From Candidatus Poribacteria bacterium (GTDB lineage Bacteria > Poribacteria > WGA-4E > WGA-3G): a stretch of 64,000 bases of DNA. Under the pieces are notes generated by a model. That model searched no databases. It was not told where the DNA came from and saw only the letters and a list, made by a program, of their open reading frames with translations. Shown in pieces: positions 39,763 through 50,800 of the stretch (positions are counted from its first letter, which is position 1; each line of letters starts with the position of its first letter). The position numbers and the translations under genes were made by a program. The stretch is taken from NCBI GenBank assembly GCA_965197475.1, contig CBDANF010000003.1, forward strand, positions 2,688,001 to 2,752,000, read 5' to 3'.

Positions 39763-42666
39763 TCACTCAACCGAAACCGCAATTGGCTGATACCCAAAAA
39801 CAGCTTTTCCATTGCTCATTAACGGCGATTCACTGCCAGGGTCAGTAATATCAACCGTCCAGAGTTGTCCGTTATTTTCATAGAGTATCCAGCGTCCGTT
39901 CGGTGGCACCCAGACGGGACGACTACCGCCCATCTCAGTTATTTTTTCCTCTGTGGGTTGACCGGTATCGGAAAAAGTAACTATCCAAATTTGACGGGAG
40001 TTTTCACCTGTCCCGCGTGAAAAAGCGAGGATATTTTGGTCAGCAGGATGCCAAGCGGGTTCCGCATCATCTGCCGGGGAGATAACGATCGACTCAACAC
40101 TGTTTGTTACATGGTCAAAGGCATAGATGTTACGGTTTTCCCCAACTTGCGGATTTTCAATTGTTCCCACAGTCGCATAAGCAAGCAGCTGTCCATCTCT
40201 GCGCCATGCCGGATTAGTCATTTCACGGGCTGTTGAAGGAATTCGGAAAATCTCTTCGCTCCGTAGATGTTGGATAAGGATCCGTTTACGGCCGCTTGGC
40301 TCCGTATGTGAATATGCAAGATATTCACCATCGGCGGAGATCGTGACATCTTCCGCAAGATGCCGATTATCAAGAAAGACCATGCTTTTTCCCGTAGCAA
40401 TATCTTTGAGAATGACATTGTCATCAAAATCATGGTAAACAAGTGTCCCATTTTCCGATGCAGAGGGGCGAAAACCCGCACCGAGCGGTGCAACCCGTGT
40501 GTCAACTACTACGGAAGACTCATCGCCTGCTTCAGCATCAACTGCGCGGTCAGCTGCCGTAGCCGGAGCTATCCGCCATAAAACGCCATCATGGCTATAA
40601 TAGATAAACACAGACTCTGCAGCAAGCGAAAACCCATCTACACTCAAACCTTGGAGTAGTCCCTCGTTAGTCTCAGTCTTATTGTCCTTTCCATCCTCTT
40701 CAGGCGTTTCTGTAGCTTTAAGAATATTCGCTGTGTTCGGTTCAAATTTGTCGCTGTTTTTCAGTTTCCAACCAGCACCATCCGCCTCAAAGTGAAACGC
40801 TAAGCCTCTTGTCCAATACATCCACTCTTCAATCATTTTTCCATTCCGTGTGTATTTGAAAATATCCTCAGGTTCCCCATACATCCGTGCGATATTCCAC
40901 CGTCCACCATCTGAGAGTTCAGCCATTGTGCCTTTCTCATCAACATAAGACGCTAAAATGTCAATATCCACATGTGGTGTTGTTTTGCCGGAAAACACGG
41001 TGATAGCAGCTGGAGTGCCGCGCACTGGTTGATGTGTGCCGTAAATCCCGATTCCGTCCGATGTTCCTGAGCGTGCATCACCGTTTTGGTCAACGATTGC
41101 CATGACATAGTATTTGCCGGGTTTCACGTCAACAAGGTATGTGCCATCTTCGTCAAGAAAAAGCGGCATCCACATCGGTGAACTGAAGTCCGGTGTCGTA
41201 GACAGACTCAAAATACCATCCGGGACAGGTGCCTCATTCTCCGATGTAACGTTTTTATTTGCTGCTTTAGTAGTACGCGAGGACAAAAATGACGTGATTT
41301 TGCCAGTGATACTCCCCATCTGTTCCTCTGAAGGTATTCCGGCGGTTGGATTCGATCCGAGATCAACGGTAGAACGCGTGTTTTCTAAATTGGATAATGC
41401 AACAAGCTGCCCATCCGCATCATAATGTGCGCTCATCCGAATGTAAACGGCACGCGTTTTCCCCTCATCAACGGTTAACAAAGCAGGTGGTATTGTCGCA
41501 ATTGCGTCTGTTCCAAAACCGCCAAGACTATCACCTACGCTGTACTTGCCGTCTCCATCCACGTCATGATTCGCGATAAAATAGTACTCACCTGGCGGTA
41601 ATTGGAGACAATACTGCCCTTCTGCATCTGTTTTGGTTATCACAATAGGATTCACCAACGCAGAAGTAGGGTATACTTCAACCCGAACCGCTGTACCCGT
41701 TTGTGGAATTGGCATTATACGACCAGAAACAATCGCAGTGCTTTCCTGAATTTTCGTTTGATGTTTCGCAGTATAGGTGGCAGAAACCAGGATCTCTAAA
41801 TCCTCAGTAAATGCGTTAGGTTTAATCAACACAGGTTCTGGAAAGGCACCACGTTTATGAATATCTGTAACGCCATAAAAGCCGAACGTGTCCCCTACGT
41901 CAAGTTTGTTACTGGAATTCTTATCAACAATCGCCATCAGATAGTATTTACCCGGTTTCAATCGAAGTTCCCACGCACCGGTTTTGGTATCAACAACAGC
42001 AATCCCAGCCCGATATTTCCATGACGTGTCTGTATACGCAAGGATAAGCCGTTGGACTTCAGTACCTACCGCTTTTTCAGTATATTTCAGTATGCCTTGA
42101 CAACCTGATGTCGCTTGGGTTAACTCGCTCTTGAATCGTCGGTACTCACTTGGTCGGTATGTGGAAGCAGCAACCAGTTTGAGTTCATCCCCTGTCCGTT
42201 GCAGACGAGCCGTAATCGGAATCTTTATCCCCTTCAATTGTGTGTTTGAACCGATATCGACCGCCTGATGTTTTTGCGCTTTATTTTGCCAATCTTTTAC
42301 TCCCAAGACACCGTAAGCATCTCCCTCGTCAAATTTGCCGGAACCATCAACATCAATATAAGCAACTAAATAATACCTACCCGGTTCCACACGGAGTGTG
42401 AATGTCCCTGTTTTCAAACGGGATACACCACTAGTATAAAGGTCTTTGAGTTTTTCATCGCGATATACCGACACATTTGTTTGTGAAAGGTCCTGTCCCT
42501 CCCAAATAATCTCTCCGGACAGTGTCGCTGTCATACGTTTGATTGAAGATTCGGGGTTAGCAGAACCAGGTGGAAACGCCTGATTTGACGATTGTTGTGC
42601 ATAGAGTAACAGATTCCCGATTAATCCGATGCCAATAATAAGTGTAAAAAATGCCAATCGTTTCAT
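39763..42666 (-). CDS. Secreted multidomain protein: four PGxYY..A..D repeats plus a TolB-like beta-propeller
   Basis: PGRYYLVAYIDVDG, PGKYYLMAIVDKN, PGEYYFIANHDVDG, PGKYYVMAIVDQNG; ISADGEYLAY, PAWRRDG, PAWHP. Confidence 0.7.
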   Translation of the reverse strand: MKRLAFFTLIIGIGLIGNLLLYAQQSSNQAFPPGSANPESSIKRMTATLSGEIIWEGQDLSQTNVSVYRDEKLKDLYTSGVSRLKTGTFTLRVEPGRYYLVAYIDVDGSGKFDEGDAYGVLGVKDWQNKAQKHQAVDIGSNTQLKGIKIPITARLQRTGDELKLVAASTYRPSEYRRFKSELTQATSGCQGILKYTEKAVGTEVQRLILAYTDTSWKYRAGIAVVDTKTGAWELRLKPGKYYLMAIVDKNSSNKLDVGDTFGFYGVTDIHKRGAFPEPVLIKPNAFTEDLEILVSATYTAKHQTKIQESTAIVSGRIMPIPQTGTAVRVEVYPTSALVNPIVITKTDAEGQYCLQLPPGEYYFIANHDVDGDGKYSVGDSLGGFGTDAIATIPPALLTVDEGKTRAVYIRMSAHYDADGQLVALSNLENTRSTVDLGSNPTAGIPSEEQMGSITGKITSFLSSRTTKAANKNVTSENEAPVPDGILSLSTTPDFSSPMWMPLFLDEDGTYLVDVKPGKYYVMAIVDQNGDARSGTSDGIGIYGTHQPVRGTPAAITVFSGKTTPHVDIDILASYVDEKGTMAELSDGGRWNIARMYGEPEDIFKYTRNGKMIEEWMYWTRGLAFHFEADGAGWKLKNSDKFEPNTANILKATETPEEDGKDNKTETNEGLLQGLSVDGFSLAAESVFIYYSHDGVLWRIAPATAADRAVDAEAGDESSVVVDTRVAPLGAGFRPSASENGTLVYHDFDDNVILKDIATGKSMVFLDNRHLAEDVTISADGEYLAYSHTEPSGRKRILIQHLRSEEIFRIPSTAREMTNPAWRRDGQLLAYATVGTIENPQVGENRNIYAFDHVTNSVESIVISPADDAEPAWHPADQNILAFSRGTGENSRQIWIVTFSDTGQPTEEKITEMGGSRPVWVPPNGRWILYENNGQLWTVDITDPGSESPLMSNGKAVFGYQPIAVSVE

Positions 42667-42999
42667 AATTACTCTGTCTCCATTTTGATCCGATTACTTG
42701 TAATATATTGTAGTCCCTCTTATTTCCTGTTTTCATTTTATCATATCTTTGAACAATTATCAAGGAAATCATGGGCTGCGCAGAGCCATTCAGTTCGTAG
42801 GTTGGGTAGAGCGCAAGCGAAACCCAACAATTAACCAGTTTGTAGGAGGTCTGTATAGTTCTTGGCATTAACCACACCCTCATTTGTAGTGGCTTGTAAG
42901 CACGCCAATCAAGATGTATCGTTAATTGTAAAATCTACTCTAAATGAGTCTGATACTTGTAATAATCCAAGTGATACAAATCTATGAATATGGTATCAT

Positions 43000-43338
43000 G
43001 TGAAATACATTGATGTCCTGTTTTTAGACGAACCTTTTACCAATCTCGATGTTACGACCGTGACATTTCTGAAATCATTACTCCAACGTTTAGCCGATTT
43101 GGGCAAAACAATACTCTACTGCACACACATACTTGAAGTGGCAGAAACGCTCTGCCCGCGAATTATGATTATCAATAACGGAAAACTCATCGCAGACGCA
43201 CCGGTGGCGGCGTTACAGCAGCAGACAAATCAGACAGCACTCAACGAAATTTTTGTCCAGTTGACTGAAACAATAGGACTTGATGAGAAAACTGATGAAG
43301 CAGTTCGGATTGTGATGGAGGACACACCGAATGCTTGA
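43000..43338 (+). pseudogene. 5'-truncated ABC transporter ATPase
   Basis: Begins at Walker B (VLFLDEPFTNLD) and has the H-loop (YCTH); Walker A and the signature motif are absent. Confidence 0.75.
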
Positions 43339-44944
43339 GAAAATTGCTGGAATATTTGACGTATCCTCAACCCAGTACAAATATCTCCTACAGACAGAAA
43401 AAACCGTCACGAAACGATCACTTGAAGGACAACCCCTTGCTTCAAACATATTGAACTACGTGTTCAGTTTTTTGATTAGTGCAACGTTTTTCTTTATTCC
43501 GTTACTGATAAACATTTCTGTCTATAACTACGCACTGATAGGAATAACTGTATCGATGGTGATGATAGGGATATGGACGCTACCCTACTTTGATATTCTC
43601 ATCTACCCCATAAACTATCCCGTTGTGGCGCATACACCGATATCATCGCGCACCTATTTTCTTGTGAAGTTGACACAGATACTCAGTTATACTGTCAAGT
43701 TGTTGGTTTGTCTAAATCTCATACCTGCTATCGGCGGCATTTGGATTCGTAGTGGAGAATCTTCTCAGCTCCAAATCCTTTTTCCGTTAGTCTATCTCCC
43801 TATCGCTATTATTTCCGGCATATTCACTATTGGTATTATGACAACATTTGCAGGGTTTTTGACAAAGCTATACGCCTATAAAAAACTACGAAATCTCGCC
43901 AAATTTTCTCAAGGATTATTTCCTGTACTGTTTCCATCAGTGTGGATGATCATTTATTTCCTCCCTAAAGACATCCCCAAGGATACTACTATAGAAATGT
44001 TTTCCTCCGCTGCAAAATGGTTCTATGCCCTTCCGAACGGTTGGTTTGCTGCCACAGTCTCGGTCGGACTTGGACAAATAGAAATCCGTTTTCTGATTTT
44101 AACTGTACTCGCCGTTATTTCAACTGCTTTCTTAGTCCTTGTGCCACTTCAAAGCATCGCTAAAACATATTCAAAATACCTTTCCTACCTATTAGAAACG
44201 GATATCAAGCAAAAATTCAAGTTAAAAGTCAAAATCCCTCGGTTTGCAAAAATTATCCGAAACCGCATTATCCTTGCGGGTCTTTGTATGAGTTCAGTAT
44301 ATTTCTGCCGAGATAAAAGGATGCTGCAAGGGGTATTAGGTATGCTTGGAAGTTCCATCGGCTTTTTTGTTCTCTTTACACAGGCAGATAAATTTTATTT
44401 GGGATGGATTGTGAAGTCATACATTCCCGGACTAAACCCCGCGTTTTTTACGGTGTCCTGTTTTTTCGGTGTAGGCTTCGTAAGCATTTTTCTCTCTACT
44501 GTCAGGTATACGGAACATTGGAAGGCATCGTGGATGTTTAGGGTTATACCGCTTACGGCACCTCTTGACTTATGGCGCGGCGCACAGATAACCACTATGC
44601 TCTATGCTGTTATGCCGTATACGCTTTTGCTGTACGCTATTGCTATCGTCTTTTGGCGGGAAGCAGGGATTTTATATGTTTTGCCGAATCTGGTCTTTAT
44701 CTTGTATAATATCCTGCTTCACCCAAAACCTGAATCGGGTTTTCCATTCTCTGAAGAAATCAACCCAAAGAAAGGCGGAATGGGGTGTGCACATTTTATC
44801 TATGTTAATCTTGCAATGATGCTCTTCATCGGTATCCACTTTATGGCTTACCTGATTCATGTGTGGGTATATATCGGGGTGTATTGCGTTATTGTGGTGG
44901 GTGGGCTTTTCGGGTTTGTTTATCTTTTCACGAAAAGAGAGTGA
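43331..44944 (+). CDS. ABC-2-type permease-like polytopic membrane protein
   Basis: Many hydrophobic segments; TPISSRTYFLVKL; overlaps the ATPase fragment. Confidence 0.7.
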   Translation: MLEKIAGIFDVSSTQYKYLLQTEKTVTKRSLEGQPLASNILNYVFSFLISATFFFIPLLINISVYNYALIGITVSMVMIGIWTLPYFDILIYPINYPVVAHTPISSRTYFLVKLTQILSYTVKLLVCLNLIPAIGGIWIRSGESSQLQILFPLVYLPIAIISGIFTIGIMTTFAGFLTKLYAYKKLRNLAKFSQGLFPVLFPSVWMIIYFLPKDIPKDTTIEMFSSAAKWFYALPNGWFAATVSVGLGQIEIRFLILTVLAVISTAFLVLVPLQSIAKTYSKYLSYLLETDIKQKFKLKVKIPRFAKIIRNRIILAGLCMSSVYFCRDKRMLQGVLGMLGSSIGFFVLFTQADKFYLGWIVKSYIPGLNPAFFTVSCFFGVGFVSIFLSTVRYTEHWKASWMFRVIPLTAPLDLWRGAQITTMLYAVMPYTLLLYAIAIVFWREAGILYVLPNLVFILYNILLHPKPESGFPFSEEINPKKGGMGCAHFIYVNLAMMLFIGIHFMAYLIHVWVYIGVYCVIVVGGLFGFVYLFTKRE

Positions 44945-45076
44945 AAAGGCACACTTAAAAGTAGCAGGCACGCTGTGTGTGCCGTAACTATAGGCAAAGA
45001 GACGCAATGAATTGCGCACTACAAATGCCGATTTTGCACTCCTGAGACGCGGTGGATAGCACACGGAATGTGACTA

Positions 45077-46444
45077 CTACTTCGCCAAATCTTTTGCTTT
45101 TTTGAACTTCTGTTTAGCGAATTGTCCCCATTCTTTGATCTTCTCGTTCCGATACACTTGGTCTTTCCAGTCTGATGCAGCAATTTTCATTGCCTCCTCT
45201 TCAGAAATCGGCATCTCCACCAGTGCTGCTATCGCCGCTTCGCGTTTTTCTGCGTCTTTACAATTGCTAATCGCTTTCCATGCATCAACAAGGTCCTCAT
45301 GCGGATCAATGATGAGAACACCAAAAAGATCATTAACAATATCCCATCGCGTACTGCCTTTTTCAGCATCATAAGGAAACGGAGTTAATTGTAACGCGAA
45401 CGGGTTCGTAACAACGCACCGATCCCCTAATTTATCATAGAGTGCTGGGAGTACACTGGCACGATTCAGTCCACCTTTCCATTTAGGGCCCTCAGGATCA
45501 CTGTCGCGTAGCATCCACAGTTTTTGTGCCTTTTCAGACAAAACGAACGCAACAAACTTTTTCGCCACATCCATGTTCGGCGCGCCTTTAAAGATTGCGA
45601 TGGAGTCCGGATTGACAACAGTACCATCGGTCGGCAAAACATATTTGATTTTATCAGCACCCACTGCCGCTATCTGACTGTAAGCATAAAAATCAATGGC
45701 TAACCCATAAATCACTTCCCCGTTAGCAACGTCCCTTGGAATAACATTGGAGCCAGCGGAGAACTTTTTCACATTTCCGCCCAATTTCGTCAGGAGCGCA
45801 AATCCCTTATCCCATCCGTGCGTTTGAAGGATAATCTCATACATCATATGCGCGCTACCGCTTTCATTCGGATCCGCTGCACCAATTCTATTGATCAAAG
45901 CGATGTCACCCAAATCCTCCCATTTTGTGGTTTTAGGGAGTTTGCGCAGCTCACGCACCTGATCATTATACATAATACCGAAACTTGACAACGCCGCACC
46001 ATACCACCGATGCTTGACATCATAAACAGGAATACCATGATACATTTGTGGAATCTGTTTCAGTTGGGCATCGGGGAGTTTGTATGAAGTTAACAACCCC
46101 ATCTCAGCAAGACGCAGATAACTGTCCGTTCCACCGCCAAAGAAAATATCAATACCGATACCATCTGGCACCCGCTCAAACTCTGATACAATATTCCGAT
46201 AGTTGGTAGAGGTGCCGCCGGCATCTCGCCAATCAGTTTCAACTGTTCTGCCAGTCTCTACTTCATACCATTTTTCAAAGTTATCGCCGAATTCCTTCTC
46301 AATACTTTCGGGATGGGGAGATATAATTATGAGTTTATCCTGTGCAGATACGGCAACCGACAATGCCATTAGGCAGAGCAGTAACCCAAATGTTGCGATA
46401 TGGGGAACCTTCAAAATTCGCCCTAACGGATTTAAAATGGACAT
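45077..46444 (-). CDS. ABC substrate-binding protein, Fe3+/AfuA-like
   Basis: LIIISPH, IDIFFGGG, ADPNESGS, NPDSIAIFKGAPN; start MSILNPL after AGGAG. Confidence 0.8.
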   Translation of the reverse strand: MSILNPLGRILKVPHIATFGLLLCLMALSVAVSAQDKLIIISPHPESIEKEFGDNFEKWYEVETGRTVETDWRDAGGTSTNYRNIVSEFERVPDGIGIDIFFGGGTDSYLRLAEMGLLTSYKLPDAQLKQIPQMYHGIPVYDVKHRWYGAALSSFGIMYNDQVRELRKLPKTTKWEDLGDIALINRIGAADPNESGSAHMMYEIILQTHGWDKGFALLTKLGGNVKKFSAGSNVIPRDVANGEVIYGLAIDFYAYSQIAAVGADKIKYVLPTDGTVVNPDSIAIFKGAPNMDVAKKFVAFVLSEKAQKLWMLRDSDPEGPKWKGGLNRASVLPALYDKLGDRCVVTNPFALQLTPFPYDAEKGSTRWDIVNDLFGVLIIDPHEDLVDAWKAISNCKDAEKREAAIAALVEMPISEEEAMKIAASDWKDQVYRNEKIKEWGQFAKQKFKKAKDLAK

Positions 46445-46580
46445 GGTTGTGATTTCTCCTCTGAATATTGAAATTTTTGTAGGTTGGGTAGAGCGTGCGA
46501 AACCCAACAAATTCTGATTTACGAGATGCTCTCTACAATCAGTAATAATAGCAACTGAAAACCGAAACCGATAAAATGTC

Positions 46581-46721
46581 TTAGATTCTAAACAGCGAAA
46601 CAATATCCCGTATTTTCCACATTAAAATCAAGATGCCACCAAGCAGTATTAGATACCACACAATCATCGGTATTATCCGCTTTTTCTTAAAGAACGAACG
46701 GGATGGTCTCTTCTGTTCCAT
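46581..46721 (-). CDS. 46-aa single-pass membrane peptide (below the ORF-track cutoff)
   Basis: AAGGAG SD; MEQKRPSRSFFKKKRIIPMIVWYLILLGGILILMWKIRDIVSLFRI*; TTGACA-18-TATCAT promoter at 46811-46782. Confidence 0.65.
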   Translation of the reverse strand: MEQKRPSRSFFKKKRIIPMIVWYLILLGGILILMWKIRDIVSLFRI

Positions 46722-46878
46722 TATATCGCTCCTTACGCTTATCTTGTTAGAAAGGATTGCACCTCAGACACTGTTGCGATTATGATAGCATATATCACGG
46801 AAAAATGTCAAATCCTATTCTGTGAATTTTCGTAACTTGCATTGCTATATTCTTCGTTATTATGGTATAATAACACCT

Positions 46879-47817
46879 ATGGAAAATCTTCTACTTGCTG
46901 AACATTCAGCTTCTCCATATCTGATTAATCCATCATTTTCAGGGCACCAAACCTTTCCGTTTCGGTATACGTGGCTAAAGAAGGGCGTTGATGCGGCGAC
47001 AGAAGATCCAACGATCTTTTCATCAGAATACGCTACTGTGACTTTAGGTGTCGGAAAAAACATGGTGGATTCTATTCGGCACTGGTGCAGCGTTGCAGGA
47101 CTCATCAAAGCAGATTATCATCAACGCGGTCGATTCGTTCCCACTATCCTTGGCAAATCCATTTTTGATGACAAAAAAGGATTTGACCCGTACCTTGATG
47201 ATCCTGCCACTTTGTGGTTGATTCACTGGCAGATCACAACGAATATCAATCAGGCAACCGCGTGGTATTGGGCATTTAATATTCTAAAGAAAAATCAATT
47301 CATTCGTTCAACATTCATGAAAGAGTTGTACGAATGGGTACGACAACAGAAAGAATCCACGCCGCTTGCTTCTGACAACACACTTCAACGGGATGTTAAT
47401 TGCTTTATCCGAACCTACTGCCAGTCACGTCACAGTGCTGCTGTAGTGGAAGAGACGTTTGACTGTCCACTCGTTGAACTCAACTTAATAGCTGAATTGC
47501 CAGATGGTGAAGGGTATGGATTCCAGCGCGGCGAAAAAGAGACGTTACCAATTGAGGTTGTTACCGCAACACTCATAGCCTTTTGGGATGTTCGTTTTTC
47601 CGAAAGGGACGCACTGTCTTTCACAGACCTGATGTACGCCCCCTTAAGTCCAGGACGAATTTTCAGATTAGACGAAGACACGATGACGATATATCTTGAA
47701 AAACTTGAACAACTCACCGATGGCGCACTGCTATACGACGAAACCGCTGACCTGAAGCAGGTCTATCGATATAGAGATTTTAATCCGATGCAGGCTTTAA
47801 AGAGGTATTATGGGTAA
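46879..47817 (+). CDS. sspB: DUF4007 protein (SspB-like)
   Basis: FSGHQTFPFRYTWLKKG, LGVGKNMVDSIRHW, DPYLDDPATLWLIHWQI, SPGRIFRLDE; ATG 7 nt after TATAAT. Confidence 0.75.
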   Translation: MENLLLAEHSASPYLINPSFSGHQTFPFRYTWLKKGVDAATEDPTIFSSEYATVTLGVGKNMVDSIRHWCSVAGLIKADYHQRGRFVPTILGKSIFDDKKGFDPYLDDPATLWLIHWQITTNINQATAWYWAFNILKKNQFIRSTFMKELYEWVRQQKESTPLASDNTLQRDVNCFIRTYCQSRHSAAVVEETFDCPLVELNLIAELPDGEGYGFQRGEKETLPIEVVTATLIAFWDVRFSERDALSFTDLMYAPLSPGRIFRLDEDTMTIYLEKLEQLTDGALLYDETADLKQVYRYRDFNPMQALKRYYG

Positions 47818-50800
47818 CGTTCCGCTGTCAGATCTTTTTCATATAAAAGGTCGTTTTCGCCGCTCGGTGCACATTGAACGTGACTTCTATACAGAAAATG
47901 CCCTTGATGGATACGTTTTAACTGTCACCGCGCGGGAAATGTTATCACGTCTCATTGCAACGTTTGAAAATGAGGCAACATCTAAAGCGTGGTCACTTAC
48001 CGGTCCCTACGGGTCGGGCAAATCAGCATTTGCACTCTTCGCCGCGAAACTGCTTGGCAATTCTGATGCCCGGACAACACAACAAGCTTTTGAAATACTA
48101 AAACGTGGAGATGCCTCGTTATATGAACGATTCATCAGCACAAACGGTGATGAAAAGCGGACACCCTCTGGATTCTGTCCAGTACTTATCTCAGGAGAAC
48201 GTGCACCACTTTCACTCGCTCTTTTGCGCGGTTTAGATCGCGGAATCACCACATCCAACGGAACACAAATTTCTATTTCACTACGTCAAGAACTTGATAA
48301 TCTGTTGGAAACAGTAGAAAATGACTCCCTACCATCTGCTTCTGAAGTTACGCGCTTATTTGAATTAGCAACGCACGAGATTTGTGATGCGGGAGGCTCC
48401 GGTATGTTGCTCGTAGTTGACGAACTCGGAAAATTTCTTGAATACGCCACGCAACACCCGACACAAGGCGATATGTTTATCCTGCAGAGTCTCGCGGAAT
48501 TGGCAGACCGAAGCAAGCGAACCCCGCTGTTTCTAATGACCATCCTCCATCAAGCTTTTGACGTTTACGCACAGCGTACCGCGCAATCGCAACGCGAAGA
48601 ATGGGCGAAGGTTCAAGGACGATTTGAAGATGTTGTCTTTGCCGAACCTACAGAACAGGTACTCCGTTTAGTCGGTACGGCACTTGAGAAGTCCTCAGAA
48701 ATTATTTGCAAAGATAACCTTAACACCGCAGCCGAATTAGGACTTAAACCGCGCCAACTTGACGAGAGCGAATTCTCCCAACTGTTGGAGAGTTGTCTTC
48801 CGCTTCACCCAACCGTAGCACTTCTTATCGGACCACTTTTTCGACGATTCGCACAGAATGAACGTTCCCTCTTCGCTTTTCTCAGCTCAAGTGAACCGTA
48901 CGGGTTACAAGATTTCCTTTCAAACCAACACTACGACGGGTACCGACTGCAGACGTTTTCGCTCGCGGACCTATACGACTACCTTAACGCTACGCAGGGC
49001 AATAAACTCTATGCTTCAAGAAACAGCAAAAAGTGGGTAGAAATTGAATCCGCAATAGCGCACTTGTCAGACCCATCCGACATGACAGTTAAACTGATTA
49101 AGACTATTGGTTTACTCAGCATCGTTAGTGAACCAATTCCTAACTTGAAAGCCTCAGAACAGCTGCTCCGTTACGCATTAGACGATGGCACAGAAGAATT
49201 TGCAACCGAATTTGCTGAAACACTTGCAACACTGAAAAAACGATCAATCATTATCCACCGTCGGTACAACAACACTTACGGACTCTGGGAAGGGAGTGAC
49301 ATTGATATTGAGTCAAAACTCCGTGAGGCAGAAACACACGTTGACACGAAAATCGCCCTCGCTACGGACCTATCGCGCTACATGCCCACGCGCCCGCTCG
49401 TTGCAAGACGGCACCTGTTTCAAACAGGGACCCTGCGCTACTTCACTATTCGCTACACCGATTTTGAAAACTTTGATACAGACCTCAAAGAACCGATCGG
49501 TGATGCAGACGGACTCGTTCTCTATGCTTTGCCTGCAAATGAATATGAGGTTAAGCAGCTCGTTGAAAAGGCAGGCAACATTGACACCGCAGATCACAAA
49601 GAGGTGCTAATTGCAATCCCGCATTCCATCGGTTTTCTGGATGATGCTGTCACGCAACTTGCATGTTTACACTGGATTACGGACAACATACCTGAACTTG
49701 AAAGCGATGCAGTCGCAAGGCGCGAACTCTCAATGCAGCAGGTTGAAGTTGAACGCGATATGTCCCGTCAGTTAACAACAATTTTTAGCGGAGATAAGGA
49801 AGACATCCGTATGTGGTATAGCAACGGTCAAACGGTAGATATTAACTCGCAACGTGTCCGAAACGCGCACTTGTCAAAAATCTGTGATGCGGTTTTTCAC
49901 AAAACACCCCTCATTCGGAATGAACTTATCAATCGTCGTAAAATCTCTGGTGCTGCAACATCCGCACGCAAGAAATTAATTCAAGCCATGCTTGAAAACG
50001 GTGACAAAGAAAATCTCGGCATCACTGGCTATCCAGCTGAAATGAGTATCTACCGATCCCTCTTATGGAATACGGGGATACACCGTCGGGTCTCTGGTGT
50101 TTGGGGGTTCCACCCACCAAAAGCAGATGATAAAAACAAAATAACGCACGTGTGGAATGCAATCGAAATATTTCTTGAGAAGTGTGAAAATAAACGTCAA
50201 TCTGTCATAAAACTTTATGAGCGTCTGATGGTGCCGCCTTACGGTGTGCGAAATGGTCCGCTCCCCATTCTGTTGTGTGTTGCGATTTTCCATTACAGAA
50301 CAGAAATCGCACTTTATGAAAACGGTTCCTTTGTTGCGGATCTATCTGTCCCAGTCTTTGAACGGTTGCTTAAAGTACCAGAGCAATTTGAACTGAAGCG
50401 ATTTCGGTTAGCGGGTATCCGCGCAGAGCTCTTTGCACAATTTTTGAAGATGCTCAACCAACCTACAGAAACCGAAAACCCGGATCTATTGACGGTGGTC
50501 ACACCGTTGATGCGCTTTATTGGACGGCTCCCGAAGTACACTTTGGCAACCCAAACGTTGAGTGATGCGGCAAAAAGAACGCGTGATACCGTCAGAAATG
50601 CACGTGAACCTGACGAACTTCTCTTTAAGCAGTTACCGGAGTCGCTCGGATTTTCCGCTTTTACTGCAAAAGCAGCAGATTCAAAGACAGTTTCAGATTT
50701 TTTCAATACGTTACAAGGTGCCTTGTCCGAATTAGGAAGTGCTTACGACCAACTGCTAAACTCCCTTGAACAGATGCTCGCGGCAGCGTTCACATCCGAA

